From a virus, in the IMG/VR virus record IMGVR_UViG_3300025133_009393: a stretch of 64,000 bases of DNA. One strand, given 5' to 3'. Below the pieces are notes generated by a model, which was not told where the DNA came from, made no database searches, and saw nothing but the letters and a program-made list of their open reading frames with translations. Position numbers and translations under genes: made by a program. This document shows positions 24,892 through 34,362 of this stretch, in pieces (within the stretch, counting starts at the first letter, position 1; each line of letters begins with the position of its first letter).

Positions 24892-25929
24892 TTACCAACC
24901 AGAGGTTGGAATACTGTCAGGGTCAAAATCGCCGGTGCGATTAGACTTCTTCTTCACCTTAAAGAAGCTATCTTCAGCACAGCCATCTTCAATCTTGTGG
25001 GGTGAAAAGAGAATCTCATCAATCAACTTTGCCTTCAAAATCTTATTAGCATTATTGATCTTGTTAACATCCGCTACTCGATCTCTCCTCCACTTGTCCA
25101 GCTTGGCACCATCCATACCTTCAAGGTTTGAACAATTAAAAATAACACTATTGTTAATATTATTATTGTTAATCTTTCTATTGAGAGAATTGCCAGCCAA
25201 TTGTGGAAAAATGTGACCAGCTTGACCACAAGTAGTCAGCCACCAACCATTTGATTCTTCCTTTGCTCTGACGCCATTCCATTTGGTAACTTTGCTGCAG
25301 CCGGCGGCTTTAACAAGATCGCTCATCATATGATTTTTAAATTTGCTGCCCGGGGCTGATTGGACAGCTCTTCGGACTAGCTTTTTAATTGTGTTGGCAT
25401 TCATATTTAAATCGCTAAAATTGTTTTTGACACGCTCTACGAGCAATTCGTAGTTAGTGCAATCATCGTGATAATTATCCCAGGTAATATCTCCATATCT
25501 GCCATCTTGAAGATTTTTGACAATCACATCAACATAGTCTTCATCCGTACTGGCTTTGCAGGGCGGGTGTTTATTATTTACAAGCTGGTATTTTTGTCTT
25601 TCTTCCGGAGATGAGAAAGTGCGCCTGTAAACCTTAATCATATCCCAATCTCCGCCGGGCTCTTCTTGATTTAATTGTTTGAAGGCTGTGAGACGATGAT
25701 TGCCATCGATAGCCGTGAAATCCTCATCATCTATTGTAATAGGCACCAAGAGGCCGCGAGCCTTAATATCTGCCATCAACTTCTTTACATTTCCTGAACA
25801 GATACCGCCCTTTCGGACTTGACCTTTCAAGTCTGATATAGAAATATTCTCAACTGAGACTAGTTCGATGTTATTTCTGTACCAATCTCTATCTGAACGT
25901 AGCTTCTCGTTCAATTCACTTGAATACAT
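24892..25929 (-). CDS. ParB/Srx N-terminal domain protein
   Basis: GLLVPITID...IDGNHRL.A motif. Confidence 0.75.
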   Translation of the reverse strand: MYSSELNEKLRSDRDWYRNNIELVSVENISISDLKGQVRKGGICSGNVKKLMADIKARGLLVPITIDDEDFTAIDGNHRLTAFKQLNQEEPGGDWDMIKVYRRTFSSPEERQKYQLVNNKHPPCKASTDEDYVDVIVKNLQDGRYGDITWDNYHDDCTNYELLVERVKNNFSDLNMNANTIKKLVRRAVQSAPGSKFKNHMMSDLVKAAGCSKVTKWNGVRAKEESNGWWLTTCGQAGHIFPQLAGNSLNRKINNNNINNSVIFNCSNLEGMDGAKLDKWRRDRVADVNKINNANKILKAKLIDEILFSPHKIEDGCAEDSFFKVKKKSNRTGDFDPDSIPTSGW

Positions 25930-25995
25930 GTGTATTCTCCTTGCTCATTATCTTGAGCGGTTAGGGTTGAAGCACTATATCGCCTCAACATATAC

Positions 25996-26023
25996 ACTAT
26001 AAGAACTTTTTCGCGAAGGTAAA
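25996..26023 (-). promoter_or_regulatory. sigma70-like promoter of the ParB-like gene
   Basis: TTTACC-N16-TATAGT. Confidence 0.55.
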
Positions 26024-26031
26024 AGATAAAT

Positions 26032-26892
26032 CTAGAATAAACTCATGTATCTTTCGCCGCGGTCGCATAAAAAGGTAACTGCGGCGCCGTTGATATCGTT
26101 CTTTTCAAGCCAGCGCTCTGCGCCGAGGACATTCGCTCCCGCGCTGATTCCAACAAACAAGCCATTTTCTCTTGCCAAGCGTTTGGCTCTTTGCATCGCA
26201 TCATGCGTGCTTATTTTGATTTCTTCGTCAATTAGCGATCGATCAACTAAAAAGTCAGCGCCGTCGTTAATTCCCTGAATTCCGTGAGTTTTTGCGTCTT
26301 CTGCGGGAGCAACAAGGACCGTGGACATTGTCCTGTCTAATCTAATTAAAGCCCTTCTAACGCCCATAATTGTGCCCCCTGTGCCGGCTCCACAAATCAA
26401 GGCAGATATGTTCTTTTTCTCCTCAATAAAAAGCTGACGTATGATCTCCCTAGCAGTTGTCTTCTCATGACATTCTATGTTATAAGGATTCTCAAATTGT
26501 TTAGGAGACCAGAGGTTTGAATCTTCTGAGAGCATTTGATCTCGAAGTTTAATCGCATCTTGAAAGGCATTGTCGCCTACTTCGATAATCTCTGCGCCAA
26601 AATGACGCATCATCTGTTTACGTTCGTCGCTCATATTGCGAGGCATAATTATCTTGACTTTGTGGCCCCTTACAGAGCCCAACATAGCAATAGCAATACC
26701 AGTATTCCCGCTAGTGGCTTCAATAATCGTGTCACACTGTTTAAGCTGACCTTGCTGTCTCGCTTTTGTGAGAGTATAAAGCGCCAGTCTGTCTTTAATG
26801 CTTCCGGTGGGATTAGATGTTTCAAGCTTGGCATATAATTTTTCTCCTAGTTTTATCAATGGCGTGTTGCCAATTGCTTTTTCGATGCACAT
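26032..26892 (-). CDS. cysK: cysteine synthase (PLP-dependent, CysK/CysM family)
   Basis: IGNTPL, KLE..NPTGSIKDR, EATSGNTG, GAGTGGT and DRGERY motifs. Confidence 0.9.
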   Translation of the reverse strand: MCIEKAIGNTPLIKLGEKLYAKLETSNPTGSIKDRLALYTLTKARQQGQLKQCDTIIEATSGNTGIAIAMLGSVRGHKVKIIMPRNMSDERKQMMRHFGAEIIEVGDNAFQDAIKLRDQMLSEDSNLWSPKQFENPYNIECHEKTTAREIIRQLFIEEKKNISALICGAGTGGTIMGVRRALIRLDRTMSTVLVAPAEDAKTHGIQGINDGADFLVDRSLIDEEIKISTHDAMQRAKRLARENGLFVGISAGANVLGAERWLEKNDINGAAVTFLCDRGERYMSLF

Positions 26893-26901
26893 ATTTCCTC
26901 T

Positions 26902-27762
26902 TTAATCGTCCAAGCCTATTTCGTTCCACTCTTTATAAGTTAAGACTGAACGCGGGATTGGCTTACAATCTGCGCCTTTTTCTGCAATGTAGGCGCAGTA
27001 ATCTTCCCAATTGTCAATTCTATAATAATGTGGCAACTCTTTTACGGTTGCATTTTCTGTTGTAAGAGTATCATATACTTCCTCCAACTTAAAGAAGCGA
27101 TATGAGAATCTTTCATCCATCGAGAGCCTTTCTGTCCTCTCTTCGTCTCTGTAAATTCCAGTTGATTTAACTTTGACTTCTGAAGCTAACTTCTTATAAT
27201 CTTCGTAATCAAATGTAAACCCTATATACTCTCCGTCAATAACAGTTTTGCCATTATGTGAGAAAAAGAACTGTTTTGATGAAGATATGTCTTTTCTATG
27301 TTCTCTCGGTAGCCAATGATCATAGACGCCATATGGAAAGGCAACATAAAAGCGCTCTGGACGTAACCATGTACTTAAGCTTCTAGAGATCTTATCGGCG
27401 GTCCAAGCTCCATATAATACACTCCAGCTTAAACAATCTCTCTTTTTTCGATCCCTCGGATGGATGGGCACATAATGAATCGAAATAGGCTTCTGGTGAG
27501 CCTTTTTATCAAATTCAAAATGGCGATGCGTCCAGACAGGATCGTTCACATACTCGCCAAGTCGATGGCGGATTAGAGGCTGCATGTCATCATTACACAC
27601 AACCCAAATCGTCTCACAGCCGGCATATGCACACTCTAGCACTGCGCGCTCGACTGCCAAATAGTCTTGGCCAATTGGCATCAAACAGTCATGCCATGGC
27701 ATATTAAAATCTAAAGGCTGCCCAGCAACGGGAACAATGCCGGCTAAATGAAAGCCACTCAA
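26902..27762 (-). CDS. divergent sugar-nucleotidyltransferase-like protein
   Basis: LAGIVPVAG...LMPIG...AGCETIWVV; lacks the G.G.R motif. Confidence 0.6.
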   Translation of the reverse strand: MSGFHLAGIVPVAGQPLDFNMPWHDCLMPIGQDYLAVERAVLECAYAGCETIWVVCNDDMQPLIRHRLGEYVNDPVWTHRHFEFDKKAHQKPISIHYVPIHPRDRKKRDCLSWSVLYGAWTADKISRSLSTWLRPERFYVAFPYGVYDHWLPREHRKDISSSKQFFFSHNGKTVIDGEYIGFTFDYEDYKKLASEVKVKSTGIYRDEERTERLSMDERFSYRFFKLEEVYDTLTTENATVKELPHYYRIDNWEDYCAYIAEKGADCKPIPRSVLTYKEWNEIGLDD

Positions 27763-27802
27763 TTTTACCTCGCTTTAAGACCTAAAGCTATTGACGATCC
27801 AG

Positions 27803-28069
27803 TCACGTCTCATGAACTGGCGCTGCTTCTTCATGTGCGTCGGGGCCACAACCAGAACGTCCATATTCTCCAACCAGTTCTTCCAAGTCTTTATGATATT
27901 GACAAGCATCGCTTTCGGGGTCAGACTCGCAAGCTCTCCAATTACGAAGAAGATATTCCAAGCGATCAAGAAGAGTTTCAGGCTCTGGTAGATTAACCGG
28001 CGGGGGCTCTGCAAATCTTTCAAGCTCTTCGCTAATAAGCCGCTTAAGTTTTGATTTTGTTATTTTCAT
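27803..28069 (-). CDS. MKITKSKLKRLISEEL-type late protein (probable internal head protein)
   Basis: N-terminal motif shared with 39863..40216. Confidence 0.6.
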   Translation of the reverse strand: MKITKSKLKRLISEELERFAEPPPVNLPEPETLLDRLEYLLRNWRACESDPESDACQYHKDLEELVGEYGRSGCGPDAHEEAAPVHET

Positions 28070-28079
28070 AAGACGATCC

Positions 28080-28388
28080 CTATTCTTTTGTGGGGGGCCA
28101 GAGCAAGTCGACTGGCTTATTGGGGTTCCCGCGGTGGCCTTGGCCATACTGGGAAGAGCCAATTATCCGAATTAGTTCCTGCACTGCTTGTGCTACGTCT
28201 GTCAGATGCTCCACCCTGTATACAGAAGGAGTGCCTGAACTGTCGGTCTGATTGACAAGGCTAATCAAGGCTTCAACCTTGGGTGTTACCGTAAGATCGC
28301 TCTCTTGCAACTTATCCAGCCCTCCCTCCGCAGTTTCATTTAAGAAATATCTGGGATCAACTCTCTTCTTGTTCTTAATTGGTTTCAT
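28080..28388 (-). CDS. late hypothetical protein
   Basis: DPRYFLNE N-terminal motif; CTAATTA upstream. Confidence 0.6.
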   Translation of the reverse strand: MKPIKNKKRVDPRYFLNETAEGGLDKLQESDLTVTPKVEALISLVNQTDSSGTPSVYRVEHLTDVAQAVQELIRIIGSSQYGQGHRGNPNKPVDLLWPPTKE

Positions 28389-29143
28389 AATACAATTCCC
28401 TCTTCTGTATAATTAGTTACTTTTATAGGTAAAACCTCTCTTTTTTGAAGTTCTATTCTGAGGGGTAGATTATAACCATTTCCGTGACCGGTACCCTTGA
28501 TTCCAGCATCTTTCATCATTTGAAGTATTTTCAACCTTGATATAGAGTCTGAATAATCAACATTGCTCAGCTGCCTCTTCGTTAAAAATGATTCTGCAAC
28601 CAAATCTTTATATTGCTTATTTCCGTGTATTCTGGGTGATATATAAAAATGTATCTTCTTGACAAACTCGGAATCATCGTAAAGATAGTCATATTCGTGT
28701 TTTGTGCCAGATTTAACTGCATACCAGTCAAATACCCGATACTGTTCTATCTCGAAATCAGGGAAAGGTAGGCCATGAACGTTATCCGTATCAAAAATAT
28801 GCAAAGTCGAAAATCTCAATTTTTGGCCGGAAAAAAATCTGGAGGACATCGATATTTCGTTTTCGTCTAAATTGACTCGGATAGAGTCGAGCTTTTCGCC
28901 AAAGGGGTGTAGACCTCTAGAGTTCAGATTATAAGACAAATACTCCCAAACCTCAAGCTCAGAAGTACCTTTGTCAAACTTTATATCCCCCAAATCAACT
29001 TCATGAATGAGGGCGTCGAAAGGAAATATAGTAGCCAGATTATTAAAGAGTATGTGGCTGCTTGTTTTGTATGCGTATATGATAGCATCTAATTTACTCC
29101 CGACAACAACGCTGTCGAAGTTATATACATGATCCCTCAGCAA
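28385..29143 (-). CDS. hypothetical protein with degenerate Rossmann-like N-terminus
   Basis: FDSVVVGSKLDAIIYA beta-alpha start. Confidence 0.55.
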   Translation of the reverse strand: MLRDHVYNFDSVVVGSKLDAIIYAYKTSSHILFNNLATIFPFDALIHEVDLGDIKFDKGTSELEVWEYLSYNLNSRGLHPFGEKLDSIRVNLDENEISMSSRFFSGQKLRFSTLHIFDTDNVHGLPFPDFEIEQYRVFDWYAVKSGTKHEYDYLYDDSEFVKKIHFYISPRIHGNKQYKDLVAESFLTKRQLSNVDYSDSISRLKILQMMKDAGIKGTGHGNGYNLPLRIELQKREVLPIKVTNYTEEGIVL

Positions 29144-29778
29144 CCGTCGCCTTTTTTAATTGTAGGAACCCTCTGCAAATATTCTCTTTCGTCCAGGGCG
29201 CGTTCCTTTTCTATGTTTTTGTGCCACTTCTTAAGCAGTCTTAAGTGGGTGGGTCTTTCTTTGCACCTACCGCCAACTTTTTTAGATCTAATCCCGGTAA
29301 CCCAAGCAGCAACCCATACCTTTTCTTCCGTGCGGTATCTACATTGACGCTTGACTTTCGGTATCTTTTTAACAATGTGGCCCATCCAAGCCCTCGCGGC
29401 GGCGGCGGGATTGGTTCTATCTAGGCCAGGATACATCTTCTCATAGATCTTCCACATTTGAAGAATACCAATAGCCATTGGTGTCTTTTTGTCCCTGCTG
29501 AACTTCTTGTCGCCCTTGGCGTTGGGATTGTAGCCGCTTTCTTTGCATGCGGCGGCCAAGATCATGCCTCTTAAGCTAGAAGGAACGCCGGCTTCTTGCT
29601 CAACTTTCACCAACTCCCATAATAAAGCCGGCTTAATGTTGATATCTCTTGCATGCGGGCAGTTTTTCATCGCCTGTCCCATTATCTCATCATAAGTTAC
29701 GGGGCGCCGGTCAGAGCCCTGTGCTGGGCTGGTAAATAAAAGTATAGCGATACTGCTAAATATAGTAATCATCTTCAT
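29137..29778 (-). CDS. secreted lytic transglycosylase (SLT-like)
   Basis: Signal peptide; KESGYNPNA and AIGILQM motifs. Confidence 0.75.
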   Translation of the reverse strand: MKMITIFSSIAILLFTSPAQGSDRRPVTYDEIMGQAMKNCPHARDINIKPALLWELVKVEQEAGVPSSLRGMILAAACKESGYNPNAKGDKKFSRDKKTPMAIGILQMWKIYEKMYPGLDRTNPAAAARAWMGHIVKKIPKVKRQCRYRTEEKVWVAAWVTGIRSKKVGGRCKERPTHLRLLKKWHKNIEKERALDEREYLQRVPTIKKGDGC

Positions 29779-30485
29779 TGACTAATCTCTCTCCTGTTAT
29801 TGTGATAAGAACTGACTGCTGTTGGCCAAAGCTCAGATGCTATCTGAAGTACTGCCTCTGCAACCTTTTGAATCTCCCATTGAGCACCGTCGTGCATTCT
29901 TAAATTTATAAATTTAAATAGGTTGTTTAAATTGCAAGTGCCATAATATTCTGTGTATAAATTTTGCGGAAGAACTCCGCGAGCTTGCTCGCGGCACACC
30001 CCGTTTTTAATTAATTTGTCATACAGATTCAAAGATTTAATGTGGTGATCGCGCACAGTATAAGAAGCCGATCTACCTCCATGTATTGCCTCTGGATCCA
30101 GTATGGGATCTTGCAGATCATCTGTATTGCTAGCCTGTCTGTTGGAAATATGCTGTGTTCTAAATTTCTTTGGCTCATAAAAGGCCAAATCAATATCCGT
30201 ATAGCGGCGGCTAATTTCATTATACGACCACGTTCTATGACGATGGTGCTGGCTGCGTACAAATAAAGGTACTTTAAACCTAAAAGTGGCAGTATTGTGC
30301 TCAAACGTTGAAGTATGGCGATGCTTAACTAAATAATCTATCAACAAGCAGTCCTTTTTGTCAAGGACTTTCTTGTGTTTGCCAAAGGATACACGGGCAG
30401 AGTTAACAATTGTCAAATCACTTCCCATATAATCAACCAATTCAACAGAACCTATTCCATCTTCATAGAGATCAATTTTTCTCAC
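29775..30485 (-). CDS. thyX: flavin-dependent thymidylate synthase
   Basis: ARVS, HTSTFEH, RHRTWSYNEISRRY and AQWEI motifs. Confidence 0.95.
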   Translation of the reverse strand: MRKIDLYEDGIGSVELVDYMGSDLTIVNSARVSFGKHKKVLDKKDCLLIDYLVKHRHTSTFEHNTATFRFKVPLFVRSQHHRHRTWSYNEISRRYTDIDLAFYEPKKFRTQHISNRQASNTDDLQDPILDPEAIHGGRSASYTVRDHHIKSLNLYDKLIKNGVCREQARGVLPQNLYTEYYGTCNLNNLFKFINLRMHDGAQWEIQKVAEAVLQIASELWPTAVSSYHNNRREISQ

Positions 30486-30757
30486 GCAACACACAATATA
30501 TAATTTTCTAAAATCATTTGATGAGTATCGCTGCCTAAATTAATCTCTTCAAGCATTGAATTTTGGTATACCACACACTCGCCAACAAGAACGTCGACTG
30601 TGCAATCAGCTGCCATGGCTAGAACTTTAGCCTTGCCATACACGGGCTTAACAGAGTATTCTTCTGGCAACAAAATACCGGATTGGTCTTTTTCTTGTTC
30701 TTCCGCACAAACCTCTAAAATCAAACGTCGGTTGCAAGGCCTAAGTACACCATCCAT
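30482..30757 (-). CDS. groES: co-chaperonin GroES-like protein
   Basis: LRP.NRRL..E, SGILLP and final ENYIL. Confidence 0.7.
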   Translation of the reverse strand: MDGVLRPCNRRLILEVCAEEQEKDQSGILLPEEYSVKPVYGKAKVLAMAADCTVDVLVGECVVYQNSMLEEINLGSDTHQMILENYILCVA

Positions 30758-30758
30758 C

Positions 30759-31007
30759 TTACATTCCTACCTTGGCTGAAATTTTAGAATAGATATCACT
30801 AAACTGGTTGAAATCTTCTCCCGACTTCATCATTCGATAAGCCTTGACTGCAAAACGCAGCTCCTCCTTAGATATCCACCCATTCTCAACGTAGTTCTTT
30901 TTAAGATCTCGACGGTGCTCCTTATAGGGCTCCATCTCATCCTCGACGGCCTTAAATGCCTTAATAAACTCAATAATGTATTCTTCTGTAGTCTTCTCGT
31001 CGCTCAC
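30759..31007 (-). CDS. small helical protein, possibly T4 DsbA/GapR-like DNA-binding
   Basis: Coiled coil followed by a G.....L..AVKAYR pattern. Confidence 0.45.
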   Translation of the reverse strand: MSDEKTTEEYIIEFIKAFKAVEDEMEPYKEHRRDLKKNYVENGWISKEELRFAVKAYRMMKSGEDFNQFSDIYSKISAKVGM

Positions 31008-31031
31008 TGTTTCCTCCTTATAAGCAACTAT

Positions 31032-31059
31032 AGTATAACAACCCTTTCAAGGAAGTCAA
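31032..31059 (-). promoter_or_regulatory. sigma70-like promoter
   Basis: TTGACT-N16-TATACT. Confidence 0.7.
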
Positions 31060-31068
31060 TAATTATTT

Positions 31069-32925
31069 TTACACTACTTCACAGCTTCCGCCGCTGCATG
31101 CTAATTCGCCGGCAAGATTTGTATCGTCTTCATACTCAACAACCTGTGTTAAATCAACTTCCTTTAACGCCTCTAGAAGTACTTGATACTTTTCAGGCGA
31201 ACAGTCTTCGAAGGGTGCTTGCTTGTATGTGTGATCGCTGAAGGGCAAAACCGACAAGCCATTATAGCAATCACGGTTCTCCCACATCCAATCTCCCACA
31301 TCGGTCCACTCATCCGGACGAATAGATATTGTCGCTGATACATTATGTGTATTCTGGCCACGATTGTGGCCGGGCTTAATCCATTGTTGATTAATTTTCC
31401 TCACTCTCTTCAAAAGTTGGAGAGCGCTTTCATCGCGCGTGATTGAGCCTTCGGGAGAGCTTTGCGGAACAGAAATAATAGCCGTATCATGTGGTCTAAA
31501 GTATTCATCCTCAATTAATTCCGGATGGTGCAATAACAAATGCATATAAATAGGTTCACTCTTGCCAACCCTAATACGTCTAATATAATAATTACTATGC
31601 CAGGCATGTACTCCGCTTGAGGTTCCTAGAGTTAAAGAGGTTGTTCCAGCTGGCTTTACACATGTCGTCCTAGACGCAGGCTTGATTCCAATCAAAGATG
31701 CAACTCGACGATTCTCCTGCTTGACCACGCCAGAGGCTGCTTTCATATCTAATTCCAGCACTCTTCCAGAGGCAATACCCGTCATCGAAACTCCGATCAA
31801 TGCATCCTTCTCTGTGTTTCTACGCCATATCTCTCGCAAATAATGAAAGTCAGTATATCCTGCTTGTAGTGTTGCAATGAGTGTGGCTGATTTGACACGA
31901 GATTCGTACTCTTCTTGACTCCGCAAGTCAGAAGCATTAACTTCGACCAAATTACAAAACTGATATGGTCTTAGAGCTATCTCACAACAAGGATTAGTAC
32001 CCCAATCCTTATCGTTGGTAAAATAAAAGCCTGGCTCTCCAGAGCCAGAGGCCTTCACGCGCTCCCAAAGTTCCTCAAAGTATTCCTTTGTAATCCTGTG
32101 GCGCATTAGGGCGACCGAGTTGTTCGCTCTTCCCCTTTGTGGATTAGCCTCCCACCAATTTCCCGCTTTCGCTGCAAGCATTTCCTCATCATCGGCTGAA
32201 AATAGTGAAATAAGTGCAGCGCGGCGAATGCCACCAGCGAGGACGGCATCGGCGATATGACAAATAATATCATGTACCTCGATAGGTTCAAATTTATCCC
32301 CGTTCTCTTTCTCTTCTAGTATGCCCTGAATCTTGACCAAACATTCCTTAAGCGGCTGGGGGCCGGGCGCCTTGCCGCCACTTGTTATCAACTTCGCCCC
32401 TTTGGCTCGAATATCAGAGAAGTCAAAGCGAATTTTTGAACCGCCCTTGAAATAAGAGTTCATCAGAGCTTTAACTGCATCTGCCCAGCCCTCGATCGAA
32501 TCAGCAATAAGAAATCTTCTCGTCCTTTTAGAGTTTGGCTTTTGTATTTCCGAGAGTTTCTCCACATGATGCTTTTGAACTGAGTATCCAACACCAGTCC
32601 CGCCAAGCAGGAGAAACATGCACTCACTAAAAGCACTAGTGTGATCAACAGGAAGAAAAGCACAGTTGTAAATCCTGTTAGGTGCCACTTCAATCGGCTT
32701 GCCGCCGAACTGCATGGAGCGCATTGATGGTAATACTTTTTTCTCATAGACATGTTTGTAAGCCTCCTCTATATCTTCTTTAAGATCCGGATACTTCTTA
32801 ATATGCATTTTTTTGTTGCGAGTAACTAGCTCCTTCCATGTCTCGCGTCTCTTTTTTTTCGGCAAATATCTTGCGTACTTCATATACACTGCAATGTCTG
32901 ATAAAATTTTGTTTGGTAATTCCAC
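31069..32925 (-). CDS. nrdJ: class II (B12-dependent) ribonucleotide reductase
   Basis: YNCAF, GGIRRAA, NPCCEI, TCVKPAGT and C-terminal CSGGSC; no nrdB in the window. Confidence 0.88.
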   Translation of the reverse strand: MELPNKILSDIAVYMKYARYLPKKKRRETWKELVTRNKKMHIKKYPDLKEDIEEAYKHVYEKKVLPSMRSMQFGGKPIEVAPNRIYNCAFLPVDHTSAFSECMFLLLGGTGVGYSVQKHHVEKLSEIQKPNSKRTRRFLIADSIEGWADAVKALMNSYFKGGSKIRFDFSDIRAKGAKLITSGGKAPGPQPLKECLVKIQGILEEKENGDKFEPIEVHDIICHIADAVLAGGIRRAALISLFSADDEEMLAAKAGNWWEANPQRGRANNSVALMRHRITKEYFEELWERVKASGSGEPGFYFTNDKDWGTNPCCEIALRPYQFCNLVEVNASDLRSQEEYESRVKSATLIATLQAGYTDFHYLREIWRRNTEKDALIGVSMTGIASGRVLELDMKAASGVVKQENRRVASLIGIKPASRTTCVKPAGTTSLTLGTSSGVHAWHSNYYIRRIRVGKSEPIYMHLLLHHPELIEDEYFRPHDTAIISVPQSSPEGSITRDESALQLLKRVRKINQQWIKPGHNRGQNTHNVSATISIRPDEWTDVGDWMWENRDCYNGLSVLPFSDHTYKQAPFEDCSPEKYQVLLEALKEVDLTQVVEYEDDTNLAGELACSGGSCEVV

Positions 32926-32937
32926 CCCTGTTACTCC

Positions 32938-34305
32938 TTATGTTTGAGTCTTTTGATTTTTAAATTTCTTGTATGATTCCTTCAAATTTTCTCGTTCTCT
33001 TTTTGCGGCCTTGAGATTTAAATCCTCAATAGAATCATTGGTTTCCTCTAGCACCTCAATTTTTACATTGCTTGGATTCATGAAGATAGGAAAGATAATC
33101 CCATCAGGACCATTCCTGTTTTTAGCCACGAATAATCTGCCGCCATTTACTTTCTTGTCTTCGATTGTTCGGGAAATAGAGAAAATAAAATCGGCAACAA
33201 AACATTTATTAAATGCTTCGGAAATAGACTCCATTGTAATAACTTCTGCGTTCAATCCTGACCTATTAGTTTGAGATGCGGTCCAGACGGGACAGTCATA
33301 TTCTTGCGACAAAGCCCTTAGACCTTCATAAATAGACTCTAGTTCCTCTCTTTTCTCCCTGTATCTTGATGTGGTTTTCAGCAAATCAGCGTAATCTACT
33401 AGAATCATATCGATTTTTCTATCACATTTTTTTAATTTTTCTAAGTGGGCGCGCAACGTACTGACGGATGCAGATTTTGTAGGATATTCTTTGATGATCA
33501 ACTCGCCCTCAACATCAAGGCAGGTTTCATAAACCTGCTCTTTCATCCCAAACAATTCTGAAAGATGGACTCCGCTAATACAGCTATCGTATCTCTGGCC
33601 AGTTCTTTCTGCAGATAACTCTAGAGTATAATGCACAACGTTCTTGCCTGCTTTCAGGGCGACGGATCCTAAGTGTGATAAAACCATAGACTTGCCTGCG
33701 CCAGTGGGGGCAATAACCACGCCAAGCTCTCCTCGGCCCAAGCCATCCTTACATACATCATCTAATTTTTCCCACCCTGTGCTAACTGGGTTTCTAGAAG
33801 TTAAAAGATAGCGGCTTTCAAAGTCTTTCTTGAAGTCATGGCCAAAATTATTATCTGTTCCAAGTCTCAAAGCTGTAGTTATGATTCTTTCAATCTCATC
33901 GTATGAAGATGCCTGCAACAAATCAACAGACTTGATCATCGCTTCTTTTAACTTTTGCTTCTTGCAAAAGTCCAAACTAGTATCTTTAATATATTCTTCG
34001 TCTGTTGCTGAGCACGCGCAGGTTCTGGCAAAATAATCTCTCACTTGTTTTTGGATTACTTCGCTTTCGTCATCCATTTCTGTACGTAAAATAGTGGCTA
34101 AGATTTTTTTGGTTGGATGTACATTATATTTGCCCCTATAATCGTAAATCTTTTTGACAAAAGATCTTAAATACTTTAGTTCGAAAAATGTTATGTCCAA
34201 TACTTCTTCAATTTGATCCGAGAATGGTCGGTCTTCCAAGATTAACTGTGCTAGTGTCTCTTGAAATGACTTTCCATACCTAGAAAAGCTAATCTCTTCT
34301 GTCAT
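32938..34305 (-). CDS. dnaB: replicative DnaB-like helicase
   Basis: APTGAGKS, LVDYADL, ASQTNR and KNRNG motifs. Confidence 0.92.
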   Translation of the reverse strand: MTEEISFSRYGKSFQETLAQLILEDRPFSDQIEEVLDITFFELKYLRSFVKKIYDYRGKYNVHPTKKILATILRTEMDDESEVIQKQVRDYFARTCACSATDEEYIKDTSLDFCKKQKLKEAMIKSVDLLQASSYDEIERIITTALRLGTDNNFGHDFKKDFESRYLLTSRNPVSTGWEKLDDVCKDGLGRGELGVVIAPTGAGKSMVLSHLGSVALKAGKNVVHYTLELSAERTGQRYDSCISGVHLSELFGMKEQVYETCLDVEGELIIKEYPTKSASVSTLRAHLEKLKKCDRKIDMILVDYADLLKTTSRYREKREELESIYEGLRALSQEYDCPVWTASQTNRSGLNAEVITMESISEAFNKCFVADFIFSISRTIEDKKVNGGRLFVAKNRNGPDGIIFPIFMNPSNVKIEVLEETNDSIEDLNLKAAKRERENLKESYKKFKNQKTQT

Positions 34306-34334
34306 TTCTACTCTCTTTTGTATGAATTATATGA

Positions 34335-34362
34335 ATTATAGTGACTCAGGCTTGATTGTCAA
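34335..34362 (-). promoter_or_regulatory. sigma70-like promoter
   Basis: TTGACA-N16-TATAAT (perfect hexamers). Confidence 0.75.

Noticed and set aside
20697-34305. Inteins or introns in dnaE, nrdJ or dnaB
   Set aside because: Lengths are normal, frames are continuous, and no splice or LAGLIDADG motifs were noticed
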